DNA of 64,000 nucleotides from an uncultured Clostridium sp. (GCA_947365805.1 CANAZY010000002.1:597-64596), one strand, 5' to 3'. Positions 9,600-21,191 are shown, counted from the stretch's first letter. Made by a program: numbers and translations. The notes: generated by a model from the letters alone, not told the origin.

Positions 9600-10742
9600 C
9601 TAAATTTTAATAATTCTTTCCCAAGGTAAATCATCTTTACCGAAATGACCATAATTGGTCGTTTTGGTATAAATTGGACTACGAAGTCCTAAGTATTCCA
9701 TAATCCCCCTTGGTGTTAATTCAAATCGATTATAAATTAGCTTCACAATTTGTTCTTCTGGAATCGTCCCTGTTCCAAATGTATGCACGTAAATCGATAC
9801 CGGTTTTGCAACACCGATTGCATAAGAAAACTGTATTTCACATTTGGTTGCATAACCATTTGCTACAATATTTTTTGCAATAAATCTTGCCATATAAGCA
9901 GCAGACCTGTCTACTTTTGTTGGGTCTTTTCCTGAAAAAGCTCCACCACCATGGCGACTATATCCTCCATATGTATCAACAATAATTTTTCTTCCTGTTA
10001 AACCACTATCTCCTAAAGGTCCTCCTATTACAAATCTCCCAGTAGGATTAATATAATACTTTGTTTCATTATCTAATAGTTCTTCTGGAATAACTTCTCT
10101 TATTACGTTTTGAATAACATCTTCCCTTAGTGTTTCTAAATCTACTTCTTCCTTATGTTGAGTAGATATAACAACAGCATCCACTCTTACTGGTTTGTCC
10201 CCTTTATATTCTATAGTTACTTGTGTTTTTCCATCTGGTCGTAAATATGGAATAATGCCTTCTTTTCGAACATAAGATAAACGTTTAGAAAGAGCATGTG
10301 CTAAGAAAATAGGAAGTGGCATATACGCATCTGTTTCATTACATGCAAATCCAAACATAATTCCTTGGTCTCCTGCTCCTTCTGATGTAAGTTTCTCCCC
10401 TTCTTTTTGTTCTAAAGAAGCATCTACTCCCATAGCAATATCTGGTGATTGTTTACTCATATTAACATGAACTTTACATGTTCTATAATCTATATCTGTA
10501 TCTGCATTATCATAACCAACCTCTCTAATTGCACTTCTTGCAATCTCTTCAATGTTAATATCAGCGTTTGATGTAATTTCCCCAGTAATTACTACTTCCC
10601 CTTTTCCTGCTACTGTCTCACATGCTACTCTAGAATATGGATCTTTTGCTAAACATGCATCTAATACACTGTCTGATATATAATCACATAATTTATCTGG
10701 ATGTCCCTCTGTTACACTTTCACTTGTAAATAATTTTCTCAT
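9600..10742 (-). CDS. metK: S-adenosylmethionine synthetase
   Basis: [28 protein letters not shown]; start placed at MRKLF. Confidence 0.97.
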   Translation of the reverse strand: MRKLFTSESVTEGHPDKLCDYISDSVLDACLAKDPYSRVACETVAGKGEVVITGEITSNADINIEEIARSAIREVGYDNADTDIDYRTCKVHVNMSKQSPDIAMGVDASLEQKEGEKLTSEGAGDQGIMFGFACNETDAYMPLPIFLAHALSKRLSYVRKEGIIPYLRPDGKTQVTIEYKGDKPVRVDAVVISTQHKEEVDLETLREDVIQNVIREVIPEELLDNETKYYINPTGRFVIGGPLGDSGLTGRKIIVDTYGGYSRHGGGAFSGKDPTKVDRSAAYMARFIAKNIVANGYATKCEIQFSYAIGVAKPVSIYVHTFGTGTIPEEQIVKLIYNRFELTPRGIMEYLGLRSPIYTKTTNYGHFGKDDLPWERIIKI

Positions 10743-10898
10743 TTCTTGCTTCCTCATTTCTTCGTTTATCCTTGTATCTTTTCGGACGAGCACTGCTCGC
10801 CCCTACATTTTCCCTTTCATAGCTAACTATAATTGTACAGAAAAGGCCCCTTTACTCAAGGGGGTTGTCACCATAGGTGACTAGGGATTCTATAAATA

Positions 10899-11053
10899 AA
10901 AACCCCTGCTTCAAGCAAAGGTTCTTACTTCATTTTATTATTTAACAAATAAAATCATCATTCAAAGCTTTGCTTTGTCGGTCTTAGCACCTTACTTAAT
11001 TATAGGTTGCTGTGGAGTCATTAAGCCGAATCTCTCGTCCACTCTTGATAATT
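10899..11053 (-). promoter_or_regulatory. SAM-I (S-box) riboswitch with downstream terminator
   Basis: Minus strand TTATCAAGAG...CAGCAACC...AAGGTGCTAA...GATGA upstream of metK, followed by CCTTTGCTTGAAGCAGGGG-TTTTT hairpin. Confidence 0.85.
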
Positions 11054-11070
11054 ATTTAATTTTCTAAATC

Positions 11071-11595
11071 TTATAATAATTCTAAGATGGCCATTGGAGC
11101 ATTATCTCCTTTTCTTGGACCAACTTTAACGATTCTTGTATATCCACCAATATTATTTGTATATTTTGGTGCAATCTCGTTAAATAATTTTCCTGGTAAA
11201 TCAACATTTTTACCATCTTCATCTTTTACTTTATTTACCATTTTCATGATTTTCTTTCTAGCATTTAATCTAGATGGCATATCTTTTTGTCTTGAAACTG
11301 TTTTTTCTTCTTTTACTACTTTTAAGTATTCTTTACCATTTTTACTTGTAGCTTTTACAGTTTCTTTATTTCCTTTTGCATCTAATTTTGCTGTAATAAC
11401 TTTTGCATCTACCATTTCAAAGTTATCTTTTTCTTTTACAGCAAGTGATACGATACTATCAACAATTGCTTTTACTTCTTTTGCTCTTGTTTCAGTTGTA
11501 ACAATTTTTCCACGAAGGATTACATCTGTTGTTAACGCTTTAAGCATTGCTAACCTTTGATCGGTTGGTCTTCCTAATTTTCTATTTCTTGCCAC
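11071..11595 (-). CDS. rplQ: 50S ribosomal protein L17 (long form with internal insertion)
   Basis: [37 protein letters not shown]; GTG start. Confidence 0.95.
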   Translation of the reverse strand: MARNRKLGRPTDQRLAMLKALTTDVILRGKIVTTETRAKEVKAIVDSIVSLAVKEKDNFEMVDAKVITAKLDAKGNKETVKATSKNGKEYLKVVKEEKTVSRQKDMPSRLNARKKIMKMVNKVKDEDGKNVDLPGKLFNEIAPKYTNNIGGYTRIVKVGPRKGDNAPMAILELL

Positions 11596-11667
11596 TTTTT
11601 TCACCTCTTTCAAAATTCGAAGAATTTTGTATTCTTCATTTTTTACTTTTTACTTTTCAGTAAGCCA

Positions 11668-12615
11668 TTAATCTTCTTCTTTGGCAAAATCTAACCCTAA
11701 AGAATGTAATTTATTGGTAACTTCATCTAACGATTTCTTTCCTAGATTTCTTACTTTCATCATATCTTCTTCGGTTTTATTTGCTAAGTCTTCTACTGTT
11801 GAAATTCCTGCTCTTTTTAAGCAGTTAAATGAACGAACAGATAATTCTAAGTCTTCAATTGACATTTCTAATACTTTTTCTTTCTTAGACTCTTCTTTTT
11901 CAACCATTACTTGTGTATTTTTAGTTGCTTCTGAAAGATCAATAAATAATTCTAAATGTCCTGTCATAACTTTTGCAGCAAGGCTTAAAGCTTCATCTGC
12001 TTTTAAGCTTCCATCTGTCCATACTTCGATAATTAATTTATCAAAATCTACCATTTGTCCTACTCTAGTATTTTCTACTGAGTAATTTACTTTTTTTACT
12101 GGTGTAAAGATAGAATCAATTGGTAATACTGAGATATCTTGGTTTGGCTTTTTATTTTTAGCAGCTCCATTATATCCTCTTCCTTTTTCAACTGTCATTT
12201 CCATTTTAAGGCTTCCACCTTCCGAAACAGTTGCTATATGTAAATCTGGATTTAATACTTCTACAGAGCTATCTGTAATAATATCAGCTGCTGTTACTTC
12301 GCCTTCTCCTTTAAAATCAATTCTTATCATTTTTTCTTCATTATCAAATGTTTTTAATCTTACATTTTTCAAATTTAGAATCATTTCTGGTACATCTTCT
12401 ACTACATTTGGTATGGTAGAGAATTCATGCACTACTCCATCAATTTTTACACTGGTAATAGCGCTTCCTGGAAGTGATGAAAGTAGGATTCTTCTTAATG
12501 AATTTCCTATTGTTACACCATATCCACGCTCTAATGGTTCACAAACAAATTTTGCATAATTACTATCCTCATTTATTTCTAAACATTCAATATTTGGCTT
12601 TTCAAATTCTATCAT
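11668..12615 (-). CDS. rpoA: RNA polymerase alpha subunit
   Basis: [22 protein letters not shown]; [15 protein letters not shown]. Confidence 0.98.
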   Translation of the reverse strand: MIEFEKPNIECLEINEDSNYAKFVCEPLERGYGVTIGNSLRRILLSSLPGSAITSVKIDGVVHEFSTIPNVVEDVPEMILNLKNVRLKTFDNEEKMIRIDFKGEGEVTAADIITDSSVEVLNPDLHIATVSEGGSLKMEMTVEKGRGYNGAAKNKKPNQDISVLPIDSIFTPVKKVNYSVENTRVGQMVDFDKLIIEVWTDGSLKADEALSLAAKVMTGHLELFIDLSEATKNTQVMVEKEESKKEKVLEMSIEDLELSVRSFNCLKRAGISTVEDLANKTEEDMMKVRNLGKKSLDEVTNKLHSLGLDFAKEED

Positions 12616-12666
12616 TTTTACCTCCCAATTACTTTAGGAACTTTCTTTCGTTCCCCTCACTTACTA

Positions 12667-13293
12667 CTATTTAGAGTATAACTCAACGATTAAGTGTTCT
12701 TGTACTGGTAAGTCGATATCTTCTCTTGCTGCAAGTCTTAATACTTTTCCACCTAATTTTTCGGCATTTTTTTCTAGCCATGCAGGTACAGGTCTTGCAG
12801 AATTTGCTTCCACGTTTGCTTTAATAACTCCCTTATCTTTTTTTGATTCTCTTACAGCTATTTCATCTCCTGCTTTTACTAAGTAAGAAGCAATGTCAAC
12901 TTTTTTACCATTTACTTCGAATAATCCATGGTTTACAAGTTGTCTTGCTTGTGCTCTTGAAGTACCAAATCCTAAACGATAAACGATATTGTCTAATCTA
13001 CTTTCTAATACTTGAAGTAAGTTTTCACCAGTAATTCCTTTTTTATTAGAAGCCATTTCAAAATATTTTCTAAATTGTTTTTCTCCTACTCCGTAGAATG
13101 ATTTTGTTTTTTGTTTTTCTCTTAATTGAGTACCATATTCAGAAAGCTTAGCTTTCTTTTGTCCATGTTGTCCTGGTCCATAATTTCTTCTAGAAACAGA
13201 ACATTTATCAGAATAACATCTTTCACCTTTTAAGAAAAGTTTTTGACCTTCTCTACGGCAAATACGACATTGTTCATCTTTATATCTTGCCAT
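12667..13293 (-). CDS. rpsD: 30S ribosomal protein S4
   Basis: [21 protein letters not shown]. Confidence 0.98.
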   Translation of the reverse strand: MARYKDEQCRICRREGQKLFLKGERCYSDKCSVSRRNYGPGQHGQKKAKLSEYGTQLREKQKTKSFYGVGEKQFRKYFEMASNKKGITGENLLQVLESRLDNIVYRLGFGTSRAQARQLVNHGLFEVNGKKVDIASYLVKAGDEIAVRESKKDKGVIKANVEANSARPVPAWLEKNAEKLGGKVLRLAAREDIDLPVQEHLIVELYSK

Positions 13294-13364
13294 TTTATTT
13301 CTCCTTTCAATAAAATCTACTTTTCACTTTTCACTTTTCGATTTTCACTCGTGCAAAGCACATA

Positions 13365-13763
13365 CTATACTCTTCTTCTTTTTGGTGGTCTACATCCATT
13401 ATGTGGGATTGGTGTTACATCTTTAATTGCACTTATTTCTAATCCAGCTGTTTGAAGAGAACGGATTGCTGCTTCACGACCAGAACCTGGTCCTTTTACG
13501 AATACTTCTACAGTTTTTAATCCATGTTCCATAGCAGCTTTTGCAGCTGTTTCAGCAGCTTCTCCAGCAGCAAATGGTGTTGATTTTTTAGAACCTTTAA
13601 ATCCTAATTCTCCAGCACTTGCCCAAGAAATTACATTTCCTTGAGTATCGGTAATGCTAACAATTGTATTGTTAAAGCTTGAATGAATGTGTGCAGCACC
13701 TTTTTCAATATTTTTTCTATTTCTTCTAGGTGTTTTCTTTGCTACAGTTTTTTTATTAGCCAT
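13365..13763 (-). CDS. rpsK: 30S ribosomal protein S11
   Basis: [26 protein letters not shown]. Confidence 0.98.
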   Translation of the reverse strand: MANKKTVAKKTPRRNRKNIEKGAAHIHSSFNNTIVSITDTQGNVISWASAGELGFKGSKKSTPFAAGEAAETAAKAAMEHGLKTVEVFVKGPGSGREAAIRSLQTAGLEISAIKDVTPIPHNGCRPPKRRRV

Positions 13764-13779
13764 TTGGTTCTATACCTCC

Positions 13780-14148
13780 TTATTTCTTACTTTTACTTAC
13801 TAATTTTCTTGGACCTTTTCTTGTACGGGCATTTGTTTTTGTTCTTTGTCCTCTTACAGGTAGTCCTCTTCTATGTCTTAATCCTCTATAACATCCGATT
13901 TCTGTTAGTCTTTTAATATTTAAAGCTACTTCTCTTCTTAAGTCACCTTCTACTTTGTATTCTTCATCCATAACTTTTCTAATACTATTAACTTGTTCGT
14001 CTGTTAAATCTTTTACTCTTGTGTCTGGATTTACCCCAGCTTTTTCTAGTATTTTTCTTGAGCTTGATACACCAATTCCATAGATGTATGTAAGTCCAAT
14101 TTCTACTCTTTTTTCTCTAGGTAAATCAATTCCTGCTATACGAGCCAT
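13780..14148 (-). CDS. rpsM: 30S ribosomal protein S13
   Basis: [28 protein letters not shown]. Confidence 0.98.
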   Translation of the reverse strand: MARIAGIDLPREKRVEIGLTYIYGIGVSSSRKILEKAGVNPDTRVKDLTDEQVNSIRKVMDEEYKVEGDLRREVALNIKRLTEIGCYRGLRHRRGLPVRGQRTKTNARTRKGPRKLVSKSKK

Positions 14149-14352
14149 AAATTTTAGCACCTCCAAATTATATTTGTTCTTTGTTTTTTTTATTATGTTT
14201 GTCTCATATTTTAAATGAAATGTACTTACTTACATAAAAGTAAATAAGTAGTGTTTTAAAATATTTTGACGAGAAATGTATATAAACACAAAACTATTAT
14301 TTCTTCAGCCGCTCATAAATAGTCTTGTGTTAATATCGATTGTAATTTAAAA

Positions 14353-14466
14353 TTAACCTTGTCTTTGTTTGTGTTTTGGATTTTCACAAATAACTCTAAT
14401 TTTTCCTTTTCTTTTAATTACTTTGCATTTTTCGCAAATTGGTTTTACTGATGGTCTTACCTTCAC
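14353..14466 (-). CDS. rpmJ: 50S ribosomal protein L36
   Basis: (V)[13 protein letters not shown]...[14 protein letters not shown] start. Confidence 0.97.
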   Translation of the reverse strand: MKVRPSVKPICEKCKVIKRKGKIRVICENPKHKQRQG

Positions 14467-14531
14467 CTTTATCCACCTCCTGTAATTTTTTAAACTCTTT
14501 GGGTTAATATATGCATAAAAATAGATATAAT

Positions 14532-14750
14532 CTATTTTGCTCTCCATGTAATTCTTCCTTTTGATAAGTCATATGGGGATAATTCCACTTTCACCTTATC
14601 TCCTGGTAAGATTTTAATGTAGTTCATTCTAAGTTTTCCAGAAATATGGGCTAATATTTGATGTCCATTTTCTAACTCTACTTTAAAATTTGTATTTGGT
14701 AACGTCTCTACAACGGTTCCCTCTACTTCAATTACATCCTCTTTTGCCAA
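14532..14750 (-). CDS. infA: Translation initiation factor IF-1
   Basis: [11 protein letters not shown]...[12 protein letters not shown]. Confidence 0.98.
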   Translation of the reverse strand: MAKEDVIEVEGTVVETLPNTNFKVELENGHQILAHISGKLRMNYIKILPGDKVKVELSPYDLSKGRITWRAK

Positions 14751-14820
14751 TGTTTTTCACTCCTTAAATTTGTGATTTTTTTCATGTTTACACAATTAGC
14801 TTATATAGTATACAACAATT

Positions 14821-15591
14821 TTAAATGATTGTCAATATTTCTGGCTCTTTTTCTGTAATTAAAATTGTATTTTCATAGTGTGCTGCCAAACTTCCATCTT
14901 CTGTAATAATGGTCCACCCATCATCAAGTTCTAAAATGTCTGAATTTCCTTGTATTACCATTGGTTCTATTGCTAGAGTCATGCCAGGTTCAAGCTTTAT
15001 TCCTTTTCCTGGTTTTCCATAGTTCGGAATCCCTGGATCTTCATGCATACTTCTTCCAATTCCATGCCCTTGGAATTCTTTTACCACGCTATAACCATTT
15101 CTTTCTACAAATGAACCAATAGCGTGACATACATCACCCAAACGATTGCCAGCACGTGCATATTTAATACCTTCGAAAAATGCTTGTTTTGTTATTTCCA
15201 CTAATCTTTTTGCTTCATTTGATACCTCTCCTACTAAATAGGTTCTTGCAGCATCTCCATGAAATCCATTTTTTTCTACCACTAAATCAACACTTACAAT
15301 ATCTCCATCTTTTATTTTTGTTCTTCCAGATGGGATACCATGAATAACTTCATCATTAATGGAAACACAAATAGAACCAGGAAAATCAGGTACCCCTTTT
15401 TGATAACTAGGGTACCCTTTTTCTGCTGGAATTCCTCCATTTTCTCTAATTACTTTTTCTGCAATTTTATCTAACTCTAATGTTGTTATTCCTGGCTTAA
15501 TTGCTTTTTCAATTTCTTTATGGACTAAGGCAGTTACACGGCAGGCTTCTCTCATTTGTTCAATTTCTCTTTTTGATTTAATATCTACCAA
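14821..15591 (-). CDS. map: Methionine aminopeptidase type I
   Basis: CVSINDEVIHGIP, GHGIG, EPM, AAHYENT. Confidence 0.96.
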   Translation of the reverse strand: MVDIKSKREIEQMREACRVTALVHKEIEKAIKPGITTLELDKIAEKVIRENGGIPAEKGYPSYQKGVPDFPGSICVSINDEVIHGIPSGRTKIKDGDIVSVDLVVEKNGFHGDAARTYLVGEVSNEAKRLVEITKQAFFEGIKYARAGNRLGDVCHAIGSFVERNGYSVVKEFQGHGIGRSMHEDPGIPNYGKPGKGIKLEPGMTLAIEPMVIQGNSDILELDDGWTIITEDGSLAAHYENTILITEKEPEILTII

Positions 15592-15596
15592 TTTAC

Positions 15597-16271
15597 TTAC
15601 CCCTTTATTGATTCTACTACTTCTTTTGCTACATCTGCACCTAAATGGTTTGTTTTTGCGCTTACTTCTTCTGTTCTTAATACTCCTCTTGCTTCATAGT
15701 AATTTACTAATGGGCTTGTTTGTTCATCGTAAATTGCAAGTCTTTGTTTAATTGCATCCTCGCTTTTATCGTCTTCTCTTTGAACTAATTCCGCACCACA
15801 TTTATCACAAATTCCTTCTTCTTTTGGTGGATTCATTACAATGTTATAAGTTGCTTTACAAGCTTGATTAGAACATACTCTTCTTGTTAAAATTCTTTCT
15901 ATAATTTCCTCTCTTGGTGTTGTTAAATTAATAACCAAATCAATTTTATTTCCTTTTGTATCTAACATTTCATCTAATTTTTCTGCTTGTGCAATTGTTC
16001 TTGGGAAACCATCTAAAATAACTCCGTTTTTTGCATCATCTTCTTCTAAACGATTTGCAACCATTGGAACTGTTATCTCATCTGGAACTAATTGCCCATT
16101 TTTTATATACTTATTAGCTTCAATACCAAGCTCCGTTTCTTCTTTTATATGTTTTCTAAAAATATCTCCTGTAGATACTTGAGGAATTCCTAATTTTTCA
16201 CTTAAAATTCCTGCAACTGTTCCTTTTCCAGTACCTTGTGCACCTAGCATAATAATATTCATATTCTTCAA
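15597..16271 (-). CDS. adk: Adenylate kinase
   Basis: GAQGTGKGT, STGDIFR, LDGFPRT, Zn-lid cysteines. Confidence 0.96.
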   Translation of the reverse strand: MKNMNIIMLGAQGTGKGTVAGILSEKLGIPQVSTGDIFRKHIKEETELGIEANKYIKNGQLVPDEITVPMVANRLEEDDAKNGVILDGFPRTIAQAEKLDEMLDTKGNKIDLVINLTTPREEIIERILTRRVCSNQACKATYNIVMNPPKEEGICDKCGAELVQREDDKSEDAIKQRLAIYDEQTSPLVNYYEARGVLRTEEVSAKTNHLGADVAKEVVESIKG

Positions 16272-16354
16272 ACTCCTTATTAAATTATTTTTAGAGTGTC
16301 TAAAAAGACACCTTAAATACTATATAACTTTTTTAACAAATATTCAAGCTATTT

Positions 16355-16708
16355 TTAATTAATTTCTGTTATTTTTAAATCATATTTTTCTTCAAATACT
16401 TTCTTTTTTGCAATATATTCTTTTGTTTTATATCCTTTAACATCAATTACTTCTGTTGTATTATCATTATGAAATACAATAAAGTCTGCTTTATATTTAA
16501 GACCTGGTGCTAACATGAATATTGGTTGTAAACAAAACCCCTTTATATCATGTGCTTGCAATCTCATTTTTAAATCACAATAGTATTCCGCTTCCTTTTT
16601 ACTATCAAATGTATGTCCATCAACAGATGTTTTATTTGCTCTATATTTCGTTTTTCTTGTTGCTTTATTATTATATTCTTTATAATCTTCTACACTCCAA
16701 TGTTCCAT
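16355..16708 (-). CDS. DUF1064 family protein (phage-associated, nuclease-like)
   Basis: KYRANKTSVDGHTFDSKKEAEYY...LQP...YKADF...DVKG motif set. Confidence 0.8.
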   Translation of the reverse strand: MEHWSVEDYKEYNNKATRKTKYRANKTSVDGHTFDSKKEAEYYCDLKMRLQAHDIKGFCLQPIFMLAPGLKYKADFIVFHNDNTTEVIDVKGYKTKEYIAKKKVFEEKYDLKITEIN

Positions 16709-16961
16709 CTTAATCCCTCTTTATTTCTTTATCCTTTGTCCAATCATATCATAAAAATATTGAATTGTAAAATGATTTTATATCATTCGCCTTCCTTTTC
16801 AGTTGCACGATATTTTCGTGCAGTTGACTTAATTCTCTTTGTATATTTGTAATTATCAATAAGAATACAAATTATATTTTCCAATGTTTGCAAAACTTAT
16901 GTAAATATAGTATAATGTTGTAGATACAATTGACAAGTCAATTTGTAAAGGAGGTTTTACA

Positions 16962-17165
16962 ATGAAGAATTTCAGTAAAAAAAGTAATAACGTGGAACGG
17001 TGGGAATCAAAACAGAAAAAGCGTTATGACACATGTTTCAAAAATCGGCAGCAACACTTTCTGTCTTACAAACAATCAAGTGACGTTAAACTTATTTACA
17101 GTTCATGCCCATCCCCTAAAACATGTCCTCATCGTAATATCTGTATACGCCAAAGTTGTTATTAG
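16962..17165 (+). CDS. Orphan small basic protein antisense to the operon; in-frame CGG at codons 13 and 29 (true frame uncertain)
   Basis: AAGGAGG RBS, upstream TATAAT; frame 0 stops just before the terminator, and the +1 frame after the first CGG is also open to about 17223. Confidence 0.4.
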   Translation: MKNFSKKSNNVERWESKQKKRYDTCFKNRQQHFLSYKQSSDVKLIYSSCPSPKTCPHRNICIRQSCY

Positions 17166-17169
17166 TACC

Positions 17170-17211
17170 AAAAAGGACTTCGATACGCTATTTGAGTATC
17201 GGAGCCCTTTT
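17170..17211. terminator. Terminator downstream of secY
   Basis: AAAAGG-CTTCGATAC...GTATCGGAG-CCTTTT imperfect inverted repeat. Confidence 0.6.
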
Positions 17212-17214
17212 ATT

Positions 17215-18534
17215 TTAATTTAAAAATCCTTTATAGTGTCTCATCATTAATAATGATTCTAATTGTTGAACAGTTTCTAGTGCTACACCTACTACGATTA
17301 GGATTGAAGTTCCTCCAAATGCTACGTTTATTCCTGTGAAACGCATTAACATTGGAAGGATTGCAATTAAGCTTAAGAAAAATCCTCCAAACCATGTTAT
17401 TTTTGAAATAACACTTGTTAAATAATCGGTAGTTGGTTTTCCTGCACGAATTCCTGGTATGAATCCACCATTTTTCTTAATATTGTTTGATACTTCTGCT
17501 GGATTGAATGTAGCATAAGTATAGAAAAAGGTAAATCCTAAAATTAATAGTAAATATACTAGAGCATTTGCAATTGTATATCCAATTGGAACATTTGATG
17601 TTGATGTTGCAATTGAAAATTTATATACTCCTGCCCAAAAACCAGTTGCAGTTGCAATGTCTTTTATAAACATTTGTAAAATCATTGCTGGAAATGTCAT
17701 AAAGCTACTTGCAAAGATAACTGGCATTACACCTGCCATAGCAAGTTTTAATGGAATATGGGTATTTTGTGCTCCCACCATTTTTCTTCCTACTACTTTT
17801 TTAGCATATTGTACTGGTACTCTTCTTTCTGCTGTTTGTACGAATACAACACCTGCAATTAACAAAATTGCACCAATAATAATACCAAGAGATACTAATA
17901 ATCCTGTTGTACTAAAAGTACCTGTTCCAAAAATTAGACTCCATAATGTTGTTGCAGCACTTGGTAAACTAGAAACAATACCAATAAAGATAATAATTGA
18001 AATTCCATTTCCTATTCCTTTATTTGTAATTTGTTCTCCAAGCCACATTAAAAGTGCTGTACCTGCAACTAATGAAAGTACTACAATAAATCCTGTTAAA
18101 AATCCTGGATTAATAAAGATTCCTGAAGATTGATATGAAAGGTATATACCTAATCCTTCTACAACTGCAAGAACAATTGTTAAGTATTTTGTATATCGAT
18201 TCATTTTTTGTCTTCCTTCTTCTCCACCTTCTTTTGCTAAACGTTCTAGCGCTGGAATTACCATAGCTAACAATTGGATTACAATTGATGCTGTAATATA
18301 TGGGCTAATTGTCATAGCAAAAACTGAAAATCTAGAAAACGCTCCACCGGAAATAATATTAATTAATCCACCAATTCCATTATCAGACCCCATTGCTTCG
18401 TTTAAAGCAAATGTATCAACACCTGGAATAGTAATAAAACAACCTAGTCTGAAAACAACAATTAATACTAAAGTATATAATAGTCTTTTTCTAACTTCTG
18501 GTGTTTTTAAGGCATTTTTGATTGTTTTAAACAA
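17215..18534 (-). CDS. secY: Preprotein translocase SecY
   Basis: ISPYITASIVIQLL, GIGNGISIIIF, GGTSILIVVGV. Confidence 0.98.
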   Translation of the reverse strand: MFKTIKNALKTPEVRKRLLYTLVLIVVFRLGCFITIPGVDTFALNEAMGSDNGIGGLINIISGGAFSRFSVFAMTISPYITASIVIQLLAMVIPALERLAKEGGEEGRQKMNRYTKYLTIVLAVVEGLGIYLSYQSSGIFINPGFLTGFIVVLSLVAGTALLMWLGEQITNKGIGNGISIIIFIGIVSSLPSAATTLWSLIFGTGTFSTTGLLVSLGIIIGAILLIAGVVFVQTAERRVPVQYAKKVVGRKMVGAQNTHIPLKLAMAGVMPVIFASSFMTFPAMILQMFIKDIATATGFWAGVYKFSIATSTSNVPIGYTIANALVYLLLILGFTFFYTYATFNPAEVSNNIKKNGGFIPGIRAGKPTTDYLTSVISKITWFGGFFLSLIAILPMLMRFTGINVAFGGTSILIVVGVALETVQQLESLLMMRHYKGFLN

Positions 18535-18969
18535 TTAAATCACCTCTGTCTTTCCACCAACAGCTTCGATTTTTTCTTTTGCTGCTTTTGTAAATCTCTT
18601 TGCTTTTACAGTTAATTTTTTCTCTAAATTACCTGTAGCAAGAACAACGATACCGTCGTTTACTTTTGAAATAATACCTTCTGCAAGTAAAGTTTCTGCT
18701 GTTACTTCTTCTGCTTTTGATTGATTAAGCATTGTTAAAGTTACTTCTACGTAATCTTTTCTAAAAATGTTTTTAAATCCTCTTTTTGGTAATCTTCTAT
18801 ATAATGGAGTTTGACCACCTTCAAATCCTCTTCTTACTCCACCACCTGATCTTGCTTTTTGTCCTTTATGTCCTTTTCCTGAAGTTTTTCCAAGACCAGA
18901 ACCAGTTCCACGTCCTACTCTTCTTCTAGATACTTTTTCTTGTGCTGGGCTTAAATCATCTAATTTCAT
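18535..18969 (-). CDS. rplO: 50S ribosomal protein L15
   Basis: [27 protein letters not shown]. Confidence 0.98.
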   Translation of the reverse strand: MKLDDLSPAQEKVSRRRVGRGTGSGLGKTSGKGHKGQKARSGGGVRRGFEGGQTPLYRRLPKRGFKNIFRKDYVEVTLTMLNQSKAEEVTAETLLAEGIISKVNDGIVVLATGNLEKKLTVKAKRFTKAAKEKIEAVGGKTEVI

Positions 18970-19010
18970 TTTGTGTTTGCACCTCCCTCAATTTTTCTCT
19001 GTTTGTTTTA

Positions 19011-19499
19011 TTATAGAATCTCTTCTACTTTCTTTCCTCTTTTTTTAGCAACTTGTTCTACTGTACTCATTTCTGCTAATCCATTAAGTGTTGCATATAC
19101 AACGTTTCTTGGATTGTTTGTTCCTAATACTTTTGTTCTAATGTCTTTATAACCTGCAAGTTCTAGAACTGGTCTTACGCTACCTCCTGCGATAACTCCA
19201 GTACCTGCTGCTGCTGGTTTTAACATAACATTTGCACTACCAAATTTTCCAATATATTCATGAGGAATTGTTGTTCCTACAACTGGAACTGTAATTAAGT
19301 TCTTTTTCGCATCTTCAATTGCTTTTTTGATAGCATCTGGAACTTCAGCTGCTTTTCCACTTCCTACACCAACGTGTCCATTCCCGTCTCCTACAACAAC
19401 AACTGCACTAAAACGGAAAGTTCTACCACCTTTTACAACTTTTGCAACTCTGTTGATTGCAACAACTTTCTCTTTTAATTCTACTTGTGTTTCTTCCAT
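19011..19499 (-). CDS. rpsE: 30S ribosomal protein S5
   Basis: [15 protein letters not shown]. Confidence 0.98.
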   Translation of the reverse strand: MEETQVELKEKVVAINRVAKVVKGGRTFRFSAVVVVGDGNGHVGVGSGKAAEVPDAIKKAIEDAKKNLITVPVVGTTIPHEYIGKFGSANVMLKPAAAGTGVIAGGSVRPVLELAGYKDIRTKVLGTNNPRNVVYATLNGLAEMSTVEQVAKKRGKKVEEIL

Positions 19500-19513
19500 C
19501 GGTTTCTATTTTC

Positions 19514-19610
19514 CCTCCTTTTCATTAATGAATGTAAATGCTTTTGCGTTTACATAAGTTATCTGTAATTTTCTTCACTTCAAACAGCTAACTTAATTTT
19601 GTACTTTTAA
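19514..19610. repeat. ~97-bp structured intergenic repeat, copy 1 (upstream of rpsE)
   Basis: Near-identical to 21062-21158; two internal hairpins; includes the SD. Confidence 0.8.
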
Positions 19611-19639
19611 CTTTTCATTCTTCTAAAAAACGCAGTTTT

Positions 19640-19999
19640 TTAGAAGTTAAGTCCTGCCTCACGTGCAGCTTCTGCTAATTCTTTTACGATACCATGATAG
19701 ATATATCCTCCTCTATCATATACCACATCTTTTATATTTTTTTCAATTGCACGTTTTGCAATTAAGCTTCCAACTTCTTTTGCAGCTACTTTGTTTGCGT
19801 GTTTTTCTTTTACTTCTTTATCTAAAGTAGAAGCACTAACTAATGTAACACCTGCTTCGTCATCAATGATTTGAGCATAGATGTTAGAGTTACTTCTATA
19901 AACACATAATCTTGGGCAATCTGCTGTACCACTTATTTTTCTACGTACACGGATATGTCTTCTGGTTCTTTCAAGCTTTCTATCAGTCTTTTTTACCAT
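19640..19999 (-). CDS. rplR: 50S ribosomal protein L18
   Basis: [28 protein letters not shown]. Confidence 0.98.
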   Translation of the reverse strand: MVKKTDRKLERTRRHIRVRRKISGTADCPRLCVYRSNSNIYAQIIDDEAGVTLVSASTLDKEVKEKHANKVAAKEVGSLIAKRAIEKNIKDVVYDRGGYIYHGIVKELAEAAREAGLNF

Positions 20000-20033
20000 T
20001 TTTTTCTCCTTTCTAAATCTAACAAGTTAGACT

Positions 20034-20573
20034 TTATTTTTTACCAGCTTTACCTTCTTTACGACGGATAACTTCTTCAGCATATTTAATACCTTTTCCA
20101 CGATAAACTTCAGGTGGTCTTTTTGTTCTAATAACAGCTGCTGTTTGACCAACTAATTCTTTATCAATTCCTTTTACGATGATTGTATTTGGATTTGGTA
20201 CATCAAAAGTAACACCTGCTGGAGCTTCCATCTCTACTGGATGAGAATATCCTAAATTCATTACTAATTTTGTTCCTTGTTTTTGTGCTCTATATCCAAC
20301 ACCATTAATTTGTAACTCTCTTTGATATTCTTCTTTTACACCATGAACCATATTATTAATTAAAGTTCTTGTTAAACCATGTAAACTTCTATTAGCTGGT
20401 TCATCATCTGGTCTTGTTACTGTAATAACACCATTATCAAGAGTTACTTTCATATTGCTATGTATTTGTCTTTCTAATGTTCCTTTAGGTCCTTTTACTG
20501 TAATATTTTGACCATCAATTTTTACTTCTACATCAGCTGGAACAGTAATTGGGCTATTTCCTATTCTTGACAT
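20034..20573 (-). CDS. rplF: 50S ribosomal protein L6
   Basis: MSRIG, RPPEVYRGKGIKY. Confidence 0.98.
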   Translation of the reverse strand: MSRIGNSPITVPADVEVKIDGQNITVKGPKGTLERQIHSNMKVTLDNGVITVTRPDDEPANRSLHGLTRTLINNMVHGVKEEYQRELQINGVGYRAQKQGTKLVMNLGYSHPVEMEAPAGVTFDVPNPNTIIVKGIDKELVGQTAAVIRTKRPPEVYRGKGIKYAEEVIRRKEGKAGKK

Positions 20574-20654
20574 TTTCTTATTTCACCTCTTTCAAAATTC
20601 GAAGAATTTTGTATTCTTCACTTTTAACTTTTCACTTTTTAGGTTTTATATTAC

Positions 20655-21053
20655 CTACCAGATATAAGCTAATACTTCTCCACCTATACCTTGTTCTCTT
20701 GCTTTTTTGTCTGTCATAATTCCTTTTGATGTTGAAATTAAAGCAATTCCTAAACCATTTAATACTTTTGGTAATTCGTCACTTGATGCGTAAACTCTTA
20801 ATCCTGGTTTACTAATTCTTTTTAATCCTGCAATAACACGACTACCTTTTTCATCATATTTAATTGTGATACGTATGATTCCTTGATTTTCATTTTCAAT
20901 TACTTCAAATGCTTTAATATATCCTTCTTCAAATAGAATTTCAGCAATTGCTTTTTTCATATTAGAAGCTGGTATATCAACTGTTTTATGTTTTGAAGTA
21001 TTGGCATTTCTAATTCTTGTTAACATATCTGCAATTGGATCCGTAATATTCAC
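20655..21053 (-). CDS. rpsH: 30S ribosomal protein S8
   Basis: [30 protein letters not shown]. Confidence 0.98.
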   Translation of the reverse strand: MNITDPIADMLTRIRNANTSKHKTVDIPASNMKKAIAEILFEEGYIKAFEVIENENQGIIRITIKYDEKGSRVIAGLKRISKPGLRVYASSDELPKVLNGLGIALISTSKGIMTDKKAREQGIGGEVLAYIW

Positions 21054-21061
21054 TTATTATA

Positions 21062-21158
21062 CCTCCTTTTCGTTAATGAATGTAAATGCTTTCGCATTTA
21101 CATAAGTTATCTGTAATTCGCTTTGCTTCAAACAGCTAACTTAATTTTGTACTTTTAA
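21062..21158. repeat. ~97-bp structured intergenic repeat, copy 2 (upstream of rpsH)
   Basis: Near-identical to 19514-19610. Confidence 0.8.
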
Positions 21159-21191
21159 TTCTTCACTTTTCACTCTAGCAATAGCCAGCTT

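Noticed and set aside
11071-11595. Long L17 with internal insertion as a novelty
   Set aside because: Similar long L17 proteins are known in other Clostridia
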